A stretch of 50,269 nucleotides of DNA from Octopus bimaculoides. Taxonomy: Eukaryota. Below, piece after piece: positions 24,298 to 35,789 of this stretch (position 1 is the first letter of the stretch; every line of letters starts with the position of its first letter). Below the pieces are notes generated by a model that was not told the DNA's origin, ran no database searches, and worked only from the letters and a program-made list of their open reading frames with translations. The stretch is from the NCBI RefSeq assembly GCF_001194135.2, contig NC_068994.1:38078253-38128521 (forward strand), in the 5' to 3' direction. Position numbers and translations under genes: made by a program.

Positions 24298-26554
24298 TAT
24301 AATTCACAATAATAATAAGGGGAGTTTAGGGAACAGTTTGATATCACTGTAACAGTAATAATAAGGAAATATTATACAACAATTTGATATTAGTGTAACA
24401 CTGATAACAAACTAATTTTATATATAACAGTTTGATATTAATGTAACTGTAGCAACAAAGATAGCTTATATCATTGCCAACATATTTTTTCCTTGTATCA
24501 CCTGTTTATCAAAGTCAAATTGATAATTAATGTTGATTTCTTTCCTCTTGTTATCTGTTTGCTTTTCAAGGTGGTTCCCCAACATGGCTGCAATCCAATG
24601 ACTGAAACAAAAGATATACAGATAGAGATGTATAACAGTTTGATATCATGATATTTCAAGATGGTAATTTTTGTTTGTTTTGTTTTTGCTTTCTTATTGC
24701 CCTAACCCTAACCTTAACCCAAATGAACATACGCATTATAGATTCATTCTTCACTTTGATATCAATTTAACTGTAATAAAAAGGAGAGCTTATATAGCAA
24801 GTAGTCAAATATCTGATCAACTGGACTATGAGGCTCATTGAATTAGAATGTAAATGGTTAAGTATTCCACAGACTTATGTAGCCTTTATGTGATTTTCAG
24901 GTGGAATTAGTGTGATATTGTGTGGACCTTCACATTATAGGCACAAGTCATTCAATATGCTTCCATAAAGTTTTCTTCTACCCAGTTTCAACCACTAGGT
25001 ATTAGGAAACCCAAGCTGTAGGTTATAAGACTTTCCCAACATGCCATACAACAGAACTGAAACAAGGACCTTATGATTGAGGAGTGAACCTCTTAACCAT
25101 TCAGCTATACTGAACTTGCAGATATATCATCCATATATATGCTTACATGCACACACACACACACACACACACACATGCACACACACGCACATGTATATGT
25201 AATATATATACAAAACACATACATGCATACATACATACATACATACATACATACGTACGTACAGAACAAACCAAACTAATTCAGGTCCTTCAAATACAAT
25301 CAATCAGTGGGACAGTTAAAACTTGCAAAATGTTCCGGAGACTCTCTGTGAGAGTTTCCCGTGCTAAAACTATGAAAAACATGTAAAATGCTCCAGAGAC
25401 CTCTCTTTCCCCCTACTGTGAATTTCATGGGTCAGACACATACATACACATAACCACATATACATTCTAAATGCATGAACACACACACACACATAAGAAT
25501 GAAGCACAAGCACTTGTAGACTAAAGAGCAAAAAACGTGAAGTACAGACACTTATATGCTAAAATGAAATGAATCCACCACACAAAAACAAGTTACCATG
25601 AATACAAACATGCTTATATACACACATCAACCAATTCAGACGACCACAAACCTCAAACATCTGTCTTAAGTGAAGCAGAAGAGCCTTGCCACTTGGTTAG
25701 AGAGCAGCTTGAATTCTCTGAACAGAAAATCTTTAATATATCATAAAGAAAACAGGTTACATACATACATATGGCATTGAATATAGACACATTGACTTAG
25801 GGGATTATTCATTCTCACAGATAATGAGTACTATCCCCTATGATTTTTGCCATTAATATAAGTAATTAATATAAAAAGAAATTGATTGCCTTCCTTAGAT
25901 AAATGCAAAAAAAATACAACTTTTTATTAAAAAGACATTAGCAACACTCAAACAGCAAAATTAAACTAATAAATACCACTTACAAAAAAACTACTACTGC
26001 ATTTATGATGGTGACAAAAAACCTGGAGATAGCTATCACAAATCACAGAACTATCAGGAGAAATTTCAATGTACTTTCATGCTGAAATTTGCCCCATACA
26101 GGTTCCATAGAAAGGATAAGAAAGATCTCTTGATAGACTACATGAAGAGACTAAAAGAATATTGAAATAAAAATTACTCAAAATTCTGAAATTTTACAGA
26201 GATAAAAGCACACATATACAATGAACTTCTGCATAGTATTTTCTGATAACAAATTCCACTCTCATGTCATTGGTTAGTCAGAGACTATAATAAGACTCAC
26301 TTGCTCAAAGTATTTATCAATATCATGAGAGCGAACACAAAACCAAGTGATGACTTGCAAGAAGTGAATGTTTTAAATACACAGCCATATATTGGCTCAC
26401 TCTGAATAATGAAAAGTATGTGTTTGTATATTTGCTGACTTACCATCAACGTTGCATTACAAAGTTACACTGTTACACTGTCTTAACATAAACATTACAT
26501 ATAACAGCTAGCCCTTAATAGTCCATTTAAAAACTAAGTTCAAATATTCCACAT

Positions 26555-27190
26555 GCTATAGGTTCTTTCCCACTGCATGGCCCTTTCGGCATATCTTCTA
26601 CTATAGCCTCAGGCTAACTAATGCCTTGTAAATGAATTTGGTTGAGAGAAACGGCATATAAGTCTGTCTTACACATGCACACAAAATACACACACACCGT
26701 GTATAAATATGTCTTACACGTGTGCATGCACACACACACAGATGGATGTGTGCTTTGCATTTGTCCCCTACTATTGCTGGACAACCAGTGCTGGTTTGTT
26801 TACACCCCTCTAACTTAATGGTTCACCAAAAGAGATAGAATAAGTACCAGACTTTAAAATAGAATAAGTACCAGACTTTAAAATAGAATAAGTACCAGAC
26901 TTTAAAATAGAATAAGTACCAGACTTTAAAATAGAATAAGTACCAGACTTTAAAATAGAATAAGTACCAGACTTTAAAATAGAATAAGTACCAGACTTTA
27001 AAATAGAATAAGTACCAGACTTTAAAATAGAATAAGTACCAGACTTTAAAATAGTATAAGTACCAGACTTTAAAATAGAATAAGTACCAGACTTTAAAAT
27101 AGAATAAGTACTGGGGTTGGTTTGTTTAACTAAACCTTTTAAGGCAGAGCTGCAGCATGGCCACAGTCCAATGAGTGATACAACTGAAAG
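26555..27190 (+). mobile_element. Family A SINE containing an expanded 24-bp minisatellite
   Basis: SINE body upstream of the array and SINE tail (ctggggttgg...gcagcatggccacagtcc) downstream. Confidence 0.8.
26835..27111. repeat. 24-bp tandem repeat ATAGAATAAGTACCAGACTTTAAA, 11 full copies plus 13 bp
   Basis: Strict 24-bp period with one variant unit at 27051 (atagtataag). No spacers. Confidence 0.97.
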
Positions 27191-27204
27191 AAAAAAGGTA
27201 TAGC

Positions 27205-27575
27205 TGTGGTTGTGTCATAAGAAACTTGTTTCCCAACCACATGATTCCAGGTTCAGTCCCACTGAGTGGCACATTGGGCAAGTGTCTTCAACTATAGCTA
27301 TATACTATAGAGTGATCAGAGCCTTGTGAGTGGATTTGGTAGATGGAAACTGAAAGAAGCCCATCACGTGTGTGTTTGTGTGTTTGTCCTCTACCACTGC
27401 TTGACAACTGGTGTTGGTGTGTTTACATCCCCATAACTTATCAGTTTGATAAAAGAGATTGATAAAATAACAGGCTTTAAAAAAATGTTCTGGGGTTGAC
27501 TAAAATTTTTTCAAGATGATGATGTCCCAGTATGGCAGTAGTACAATGACAGAAACAAATAAAAGGAAAACAAAA
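27205..27575 (+). mobile_element. Family A SINE
   Basis: Head, body and tail recognisable; directly follows the previous copy. Confidence 0.8.
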
Positions 27576-28059
27576 ATAAAAAGTAAATAGATATAAACAT
27601 GATGGTCGTAAAGGAATGAGTTTTAATGTGCTTCCTCAATTTGAACTGACCTGGGCTAAACGACAAGGAACAACAATAAGAACAACAACAGAATAGTCCT
27701 GTTGTTAAGTAGACTATCCAGCTGCAAAATTACCAATCTACTAATGCACCCACTGCTACATGTAATGTTACCCTAAAGCAGCTGGTTAGTCACAGATAAG
27801 GTCACTGATATTATTCAGGCAAATTAAATAGAAACAATAAATGATGTGATACAATTCTGTATGGAAACAAGCTGAACAATTGCTTCTCTCTTCAGAATCA
27901 GTGAGTTCTTTTGTTGTTCTAATGGAGGTGGGTGTTATAGTTTCCCCTTATTTTAATTATATGTTGTTTTTTTTTTATATACAAGGATGCATGAGTCAGT
28001 TTCTGTTGTAAAATTTGTATAACTTTTGAAATAAAAGAAGTGAAAAAATGTAAACATGG

Positions 28060-28345
28060 TTTGATATCAAAATGATTATGGTTTCAAGTTCAGTTCCACT
28101 GTGTGGCACCTTGTCTACTATAGCCCTGGGTTGACCAATGCCATGTGAGTGAATAGTATGTATGTGTGTGTGTGTTTTTGTGTTTATTTCATCACTACTT
28201 GACAACCAGTGTTGGTTTGCTTACATCCCCATAACTTAGTGGTTCAGCAAAAGTTACCAATAAAATAAGTACTGAAATACTGGAATTGATTTGGTTTGCT
28301 TTGCATATTAAAGTGGTACTCCGTATGAAACAAGTAAAGATATAA
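28060..28345 (+). mobile_element. Family A SINE, diverged and partially deleted
   Basis: ttcagttccactgtgtggcacc...ataacttagtggttcagcaaaag...gaaacaagtaaag. Confidence 0.7.
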
Positions 28346-28591
28346 AAATAAAAAATAAAAGATAAACAAATGATAAATATACTTATTTCAGACCAAAACT
28401 GAAGAGTAATGTTTGAAACAAGAAATTACAGCATTAGAGCCAGATATATTATAATGCATTATAAGATTCTCTCAAGAGGGTGTTAAAATGAAACACAATC
28501 ATAGGATGTAATATTCTTCAATAAGTTCCAAGTAATTTTCGAAGTCAAAAATGAATATATCAAAATGGAAATGAAAATGACATTAATATTA

Positions 28592-29875
28592 TTTGGTTGT
28601 CTGGAAAGTTCTGAGCGTTTTAAGCTAAATCTTTTAATGAACACACCTTACATTGAACACACCTGAAGTGTAACACAGTTAAAGCTTTGGCATTGCTTGA
28701 AGTGATAGTGCATCTCTTCTTTGTTCCTGACTGAAAATAGATTTATCTTTCATTCCAGTTACCCTTTATTGACATTTGAAATAGATAACCCAAAATTTCA
28801 TATTCGCATTGTAATGCTTTTCTTTTTTTAAAAAAAGGAGAAAATGCTGCAAAGACTTGCAAAAACATTTGTGAAGTTTATGATGATGTTGATACAGGTG
28901 AATCAATTGTTCAAAGGAGATTTGCAAAATTTAAAGCTGGAGATCTTAGCTTGGAAGATGACAGTTGCAGTGGAAAACCTTCCCAATTGGATGAAGATGT
29001 TTTGAAGGCAAAAATTGAAGAAAACTCAAATAGAGAACATGCATAGTAGCTGGAAGTTTTTAAGTTCATGAACACCTAGTGAAGCTAGGATACAATTCTC
29101 ACTATAAGGTATGGGTCCCTCACAAGCTCTCAGAAAATAATTGCTTGGACTAGTATTCCGTTTGTGATATGCTTTTGAAACAGAAAGAAAGCATGCTTTT
29201 TTAAAACAACTTGTGACTAGAGACAAAATATGGATTGTATATATAAAAGTCGTGTGAAAAAAATCCTGGAGTTTGCATAAGGATCCCCCAAAACAGCAGC
29301 CAGTGATGAATATCTATGCCGAAAAAGCTATGGTTTGTTTGGTGGGATCATTAAGGCATTATTTTTTTATGAGCTTCTCCCACAAAATCAGACCATTAAT
29401 TCTGATGTAAACTGTTCTCAGCTGGTTAATCTAATCCCCCCCCCAAAAAAAAATCAAAGAATTGAGGCTAAAAATTGCCAACAGGAAAGGGGTAGTGTTA
29501 CAAGACAATGCCCGACCATACGTGTCTTTAGCTACCCAAACAAAATTACATGAACTTAGCTGAGATCTCTTACCTCATCCACCATATTCTCCTGATATTG
29601 AGCCATCTGACTACCACTTGCTTTAGTCTCTACAGAATTCATTGCAAGGAAAAATATTTAATGATTAAGTCTGAATCAAAATGCATCTAGGTAACTTTTT
29701 TTCTTCAAAACCAGTCAAATTTTATGCTGATGGAGTATTTAAATTGCCTGTCTAACAGGCAAAGATCATTAATGATAATGGAAATTATTTCATTGAATAA
29801 AATTTATTGAAAGGTTAATTATTTATATCCCTTTTCCTGTATTAAAAAATACTCAGGACTTTCTGGACAACCTAA
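28592..29875 (+). mobile_element. Full-length (1284 bp) mariner element, D34D transposase pseudogene with both TIRs and TA flanks
   Basis: Left TIR tttggttgtctggaaagttctgagcgttt and right TIR revcomp ttaggttgtccagaaagtcctgagtattt; TA at 28590-28591 and 29876-29877. Remnant ORF (~28775-29800): FKKGENAAKTCKNICEVY...LEDDSCSGKP, WVPHKLS, VTRDKIW, QDNARPY...PHPPYSPDIEPSDYHL with 34 codons between the two D residues (one is TGA). Several stops and frameshifts. Confidence 0.95.
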
Positions 29876-29994
29876 TATTATCGCTGTTGTTTAGACAAAT
29901 TCTTATGTCATACAGAACTGCTGATTGAGCAGACCATGAGATATAGATATTTCAGTGTGTGTGTGAGTGTACAAAACATATATATGTTTTCGAG

Positions 29995-30345
29995 CGAGAT
30001 CATTGCCAGTGCCCCTGGACTGGCTCTTGTGCGGGTGGCACATAAAAGACACCATTTCGAGCGTGGCCGTTTTCGTGCGGGTGACACGTAAAAGCACCCA
30101 CTACACTCTCTGAGTGGTTGGCGTTAGGAAGGGCATCCAGCTGTAGAAACTCTGCCAAATTAGATTGGAGCCTGGTGTAGCCATCNNNNNNNNNNTTGGC
30201 GTTAGGAAGGGCATCCAGCTGTAGAAACTCTGCCAAATTAGATTGGAGCCTGGTGTAGCCATCCGGTTGCACCAGTCCTCAGTCAAATCGTCCAACCCAT
30301 GCTAGCATGGAAAGCGGACGTTAAACGATGATGATGATGATGATG
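29995..30345 (+). mobile_element. 3' UTR fragment of the RTE LINE family, ending in (GAT)n
   Basis: gttggcgttaggaagggcatccag...catggaaagcggacgttaaacgatgatg is the same family as 40203-41286. Confidence 0.85.
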
Positions 30346-31035
30346 AATATTACCATGGCCTTCAGTTAATAAACAGAATACATATATAACAACACAGAAG
30401 GTAAAAAAACATATATATACATAAAAATACAAATATATATATACACATAAAAATACAAATATGTAGAACGGCCTATCACGATAAAGTATATACAATCAAC
30501 TAAAATTAAATAATCAAAATGAATTACTAAAGTGTGTCAGGTGACTAAAAAACTGTAAAAAAATATATCAATCAACTGAAAAAGTTTTTATTCCCCTCAG
30601 TTACTCTTGTGAAGGACTAATCGTTGAGATTCCTGGTCATCCTGATGAGGAAGTCATTGCTGATGCACTTTAACTCGTGATCGGACTGTGGCAGGGGACT
30701 CCTGAAATGGCCATAGATGTGTTTTGAATTGATTTTGTGGAATTCTCTTACACTCCTTGGACTTCAACCGACCATGGTTTTCATGAAACGAACTATTTTG
30801 ACATATTTTTAATTGAGGGGAGCAAAAATTTTTTTTAGTTGATTGATATATTTTTTAAAGTTTTAGCCGCATGACATGCTTTAGTAATTCATTTTTGATT
30901 ATTTTTAGTCGATTGTGTATACCTTTTCTTGATAGGCCATTCCATATATTTGTATTTTTATGTACATATATACTCTTTACCTTCTGTGTTTTTATATATG
31001 TATTCCTTTTATATGTTGAAGGCCATGGTAATATT
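30346..31035. mobile_element. Fold-back element: diverged inverted arms (30346-30603 and 30810-31035) around a 206-bp spacer holding a hammerhead motif
   Basis: aatattaccatggccttca...cccctcagtta is matched by the reverse complement of taattgagggg...ggccatggtaatatt, with collinear blocks (ggcctatca, aatgaattactaaag, atatatcaatcaact). Confidence 0.8.
30638..30719 (+). ncRNA. Type I hammerhead ribozyme motif with palindromic stem III (predicted)
   Basis: CATC-CTGATGA-GGAAGTC...GACTCCT-GAAA-TGGCC-ATA|GATG. Stem I is CATC/GATG; the CUGAUGA and GAAA core is intact; stem II has 7 positions (one G.U, one mismatch); ATGGCCAT is palindromic; the RUH triplet is AUA, with predicted cleavage after 30715. 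Confidence 0.7.
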
Positions 31036-31209
31036 TATATATGATCAAATGTATGGAAGCATGGTGTTATATAAAGTCATTGACTCGAATTTGATGTTTG
31101 TTCTCTAATCAATGTTTTTTTATTTCCATCAATTTCATTTGAGCACTTCTTTTTTGCAGTCCTATAAACCCTTTTGTCTCCATAAAAAGAGGCAAAAATT
31201 ATTTGGTGT

Positions 31210-31267
<58 letters not shown>

Positions 31268-31278
31268 CATACATATAT

Positions 31279-32072
31279 CAGTGGTGACTCCGGCACTTGG
31301 GCTGTTTGGGCTCAGCCCAAGTATAAATTTAGTAAAGTGAACGTGTATTTGCAAGCTGATTTAATTTCTGCTAACACTGACTTCAAGTATGTAATTGCAG
31401 CCGATAACTTGGGCTTCTTTTATTGAGCCTGGTCACAGTTTATTAATTTTTGCTCAGCATCTGGCATCTGGCAGTCATCTTAGAGGTGCCTTGTATCAGA
31501 AAATATGATTCGTAGCAGATATTCTCTCAACATCATTCACACATGCTTGACTCGGGCTCCAAAGTTACAGCCCGAGTTGTTATCTGTAATCATAAAAATT
31601 AAAATTAATTCAAATTCAATGTTTTCTTGAAACATTAAATTTCTATAGAGATTAGGATTTAAATTTCAATCTATGAAAAGTTTCCATTCTGCAATATTCT
31701 TAAAGGAACAAAAAATTATCCAGCAACTCAGCTAATATGAAAGAACCTGGTTGGTGTAAAAGATTAACTGGCATATCTTGTCAAGAGTACAAGCAACAGT
31801 CAAATCGCTGATGTTTGTTGTGCACACTGTTGTTATTTGATTGCAGTTATTCTGTGCGTCTCTGTGTAATGATCAGTTGTGTTTTGCATGGGTTGTATTA
31901 TTTTTACCCTTAACTTAGAAATGGGGAAAGACATAGTGTGCTAGATATAAAAAAAAATAAGCCATTTGGGGTTAGAAATAAAGTGAAAAAACGTGAAATT
32001 CTCCAAGTAGGCATGTGTCCTATGCAAAATCTGTGATTAGCCTGAGTGGCACTGCTGATTTGGAGTCACCTG
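31279..32072 (+). mobile_element. Putative non-autonomous DNA transposon (hAT-like deletion derivative) inserted in a TA-rich repeat
   Basis: Left end CAGTGGTGACTCC and right end GGAGTCACC-TG (imperfect TIR); subterminal GGGCT/AGCCC motifs. The frameshifted peptide KNKPFGVRNK/EKREILQVGMCPMQNL at 31945-32035 resembles the PF..R...EK.EI...G.P motif at the start of hAT/ZMYM-like transposases. Confidence 0.5.
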
Positions 32073-32559
32073 TATACACACAGATATAAATATACACACA
32101 TATATATATGTATACAACCATATATCTCTGCATACATATGTTATATGAGTGTATGATTGTGTTTTAAATATTTTAAGCCAAGTATTGCAAGGTTTAAAAA
32201 AAATTAATGATACAGNNNNNNNNNNNNNNNNNNNNNNNNNNNNNNNNNNNNNNNNNNNNNNNNNNNNNNNNNNNNNNNNNNNNNNNNNNNNNNNNNNNNN
32301 NNNNNNNNNNNNNNNNNNNNNNNNNNNNNNNNNNNNNNNNNNNNNNNNNNNNNNNNNNNNNNNNNNNNNNNNNNNNNNNNNNNNNNNNNNNNNNNNNNNN
32401 NNNNNNNNNNNNNNNNNNNNNNNNNNNNNNNNNNNNNNNNNNNNNNNNNNNNNNNNNNNNNNNNNNNNNATTTAATAATACAAATAATATATATACATGT
32501 ATACACACATATATGTACATACTTACATCTACATGTGTATATACATGCATATCAGGGTA

Positions 32560-32712
32560 CAGGACGTTAGAACAATAAACTACAGACAACGGAACGAACA
32601 CATAGGAAAACGGAAAGCCCCTTGGAATATCCCTTCATCAGCTGTCTCTATTCTATCTAGACGTTTCGAAGACCAGACAGGACGTACTCTAGAATAGTCT
32701 CTTCCTGAGTAG
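32560..32712 (-). repeat. CpG-containing remnant with a degenerate hammerhead motif (possible PLE pseudo-LTR)
   Basis: Minus strand: cta-CTCAGGA-a...ggtcttc-GAAAC-GTC|tag (core G5 replaced by C), followed by a second CTGATGA at 32635-32641. Confidence 0.4.
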
Positions 32713-34669
32713 TGGATCAATATATATATATATATATATATACACATAGAAACACACATACATGAATAAAAGAAATTGTAAATGCACGTGGAACCTTTAA
32801 GAATATTTATTTATATTTACTTAACTGACTTCACAATTTTATGATTTTCAAAAGTGGTGAGAAATAGGAGGGTGCTGGATTTATGCCATACTCATGCAGA
32901 ATACATGAAATTCTGCTTCATCAAACAGGTTGAAAAAAGGAATGTCTACATTGTGGTTTCCTTAATTCTTTTACCATATTGCTGTGGAATCAGTCTTATC
33001 CAACCCATTTCAAAGGACCACAAAATAATAATTATCAAAATTGTTTATCTTTAAGTAGATCTATTTTACTCTACTTTCATATAGAATACTTTTAAATTGA
33101 CGCGAAAAATTTTACCGACTAGAAATGCATTTAGAGTTAAAGTTCAGTTTGGTATGATTATAATAAGCTTGTTAGTCATTAACAGATACCAAAAACATGT
33201 TTTGTGAAGTTAAAAGGTCGACCTAACTCATGTGACTTCTAGAAAATTGTTTTTCTTCTGATGCTTTTGTGTAAAGATCCATCTAATAATTCATTTCAAC
33301 TAATTTCAGCATAATGTTTTCAGAATTACTTTAAAATTTAGTAATTTGTGTCAAAGTTTATATGTCAACTTTGAGTGTTCTACTTTTATAGATTAATGTT
33401 GAGTTTTCTTGTATTTTATTTCAGATGGAAGTTTTAAATCTTATATAACAGAAGTCATTTCAGGATTTCACAATGTGTAAAAACAAAAAAAAAAACAAAA
33501 TTCATTGGATTTCTTAAATGTTATTTACAATGACTTTTCTTTCCATAGTGTAACTTCACTTCTCTAATAGGACAAACTTCTAAAAGTGAATTTAATTTTT
33601 CCATATATAGAATTTAAATAAATCTGTTAATTTTTCTAAGTCATGCTATTTTTAATATGAATTAAATTTTTTTGTTATTTAAATATTTCTTTTGACTTAG
33701 CTAATGATCAAACCCCATAATCAGAGTGAGGCTATACCTTAGACAAACTAAGCTTTCACCTGGAGTAAAAAGACTTGATGGGGTCACTATAAATACCTTA
33801 TACAAAATTTCTTAATCCAATTAAAAAAACAGAAATTCCATATGAAATGAAACTGGTGAAATCACTCCTGGAATATAGAAAGATGAAGAACATGGGTGAG
33901 TGAGAAGAGGCTGGTGAGGTGTTATGATCTATCATATGATTTGACATGAAACGTTTTAAACTTTTCCCTGTAACAGAGATTTATTCTGCAATGCTTGACC
34001 TTAAAATCCTATGATCTCTTAAGTGATTTGTAAGTGTTTGGTTGCATTTTCCAGTTGGTGCAATAAGAACAACGGTTGGAGATTGTAGAAGGGAAAAGAT
34101 TGAAGAGGTCTGGAAGACGAAAGTACATCTTGTAGGGCTGGTAGAAATGGAAAAATATTGCAGGGCTAGCCTAGAGTGCTAAATATCTTGGCATTGGCCC
34201 TATCCACAGTAATTTAAACCGACTTCAATATTTAACTGATATTTATTAGAAAATTACTATTTTTAAATTTTACAACGTGAGATATTCAGCAACAGTACTT
34301 TCTAGTAAAGATTGCTTGCTAACATAACTTAATAGATTGTGTCGTACAGCCAGCTGGAGGCGATGTCTCCTGGGGTTAAATTACAGCAACATTCGTCCTA
34401 AACCAGGACTGCCATGTTATGTTGGCAAATAATCTTTGATGTTTAATAATCTTGAAGTGAAGTGATAATGGAACCAGCAGCCTTGAGACTCTGAGAGCCT
34501 AACTTGGGAACTTCTTTACTATAAGCCATCATCATCTCTCCCTTATCTCAATCTTTATTGACACTCCTTACTCTCATGTGCCATTGTCTACCTCTATTGC
34601 TATCCATCCCACATACCTTCTTAACATCACCAATCTTTATCTGATGTAATAATAATAATAATAATAATC

Positions 34670-35115
34670 CTTTCTACTATAGGCACAAGGCCTGAAATTT
34701 GGTGGGAAGGGATGAGTTGATTACATCAACCCCAGCGTTTCATGGGTACTTATTTTATCAACCCCGAAAGGATGAAAGGCAAAGTCGACCTTGGCAGAAT
34801 TTGAACTCAGAACGTAGCAACGGGCAAAATACCGCTAAGAATTTTGTCCAGCATGCTAACAATTCTGCCAGCTCACTGCATTAATAATAATAATAATCGA
34901 TTCTATTAAAAGCACAAGTCCTGAAATTTTTGGGGATATGACTAGTCAATTACATCGTCCCCAGTACTCAACAGGTACTTAATTTATCAACTCCGAAAGG
35001 AAAAAAGGCAATGTCGACCTCAGTGGAATTTGAACTGAGAACATAGAGATGGACGAAAAGCTGCTAAGGTTACTGCGCCATTTTGCCTGGCACAGTAACG
35101 ATTCTGCCAGCTTGC
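34670..35115 (-). mobile_element. Tandem pair of family B SINEs separated by (TAA)n
   Basis: Two consecutive reverse-complement consensus copies, at 34670-34880 and 34905-35115. Confidence 0.85.
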
Positions 35116-35434
35116 AGAATTGTTACCATTTAATATCATGATTACTAAATTCAATATAATATATAATATAATATAGTAATCATGATATCAAATTTAATAA
35201 TATTAATCCTGCAAACAATAAAAGTTGTTACTCAAGAAAAAAATTAAAGATTTATTTATTTATAAATTCCTTATATTATGTGTCAACATATTTTAAGCAT
35301 TCGTCATAGTGAAAGAATTAGAGAATGAAAAAAATTTCCAACTTGAAGAGGAAACATGACAAACAGTCATATGTGATCTTCAGATCTTGTATTTGCATTG
35401 AATCTAACTGGCACTCTGTCATTTATGACAACAA

Positions 35435-35720
35435 GGGTCCCAGTTGATCTGATCAACAGAAGAGCCTGATCATGAAATTAATGTGCAAGTTGCTGAGCAC
35501 ACCACAGACACATGCACCCTTCATGTAGTTCTCAGGGAGATTCAGCGTAACACAGAATGTGACAAGGCTGATGCTTTGAATTACAGGTACAACTCATTTT
35601 GGCCAGCTGAGTGGAATGGAGCAATGTGAAATAAAGCATCTTGCCCAAAGACACAATGTGCCACCAGGAATCAAACTCATCAGCATGAGTTGATACCCTA
35701 ACCACTTAGCCACATGCCTT
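35435..35720 (-). mobile_element. Family C SINE
   Basis: Paralogue of 10270-10548. Confidence 0.85.
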
Positions 35721-35789
35721 TACTCATTGGATCTAATACAGCTGAAGTCACATGTAGGGGTTATAAGAGTGTTCTGTATGTGTGTGTGT

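Noticed and set aside
26835-27111. CRISPR-like array of 24-bp repeats
   Set aside because: The units are directly adjacent with no spacers, the unit derives from SINE sequence, and the context is eukaryotic.
30118-30263. 68-bp direct duplication
   Set aside because: The copies flank a 10-N gap exactly, which is typical of an unmerged contig overlap.
33098-33108. E2F-like site gacgcgaaaa suggesting a promoter
   Set aside because: A single short motif with no CpG island or other support.
33833-34190. Possible two-exon ORF (EIPYEMKLVKSLLEYRKMKNM / GAIRTTVGDCRREKIEE...)
   Set aside because: The first acceptor has no pyrimidine tract and the peptide is unrecognised; it could be chance or decayed LINE sequence.
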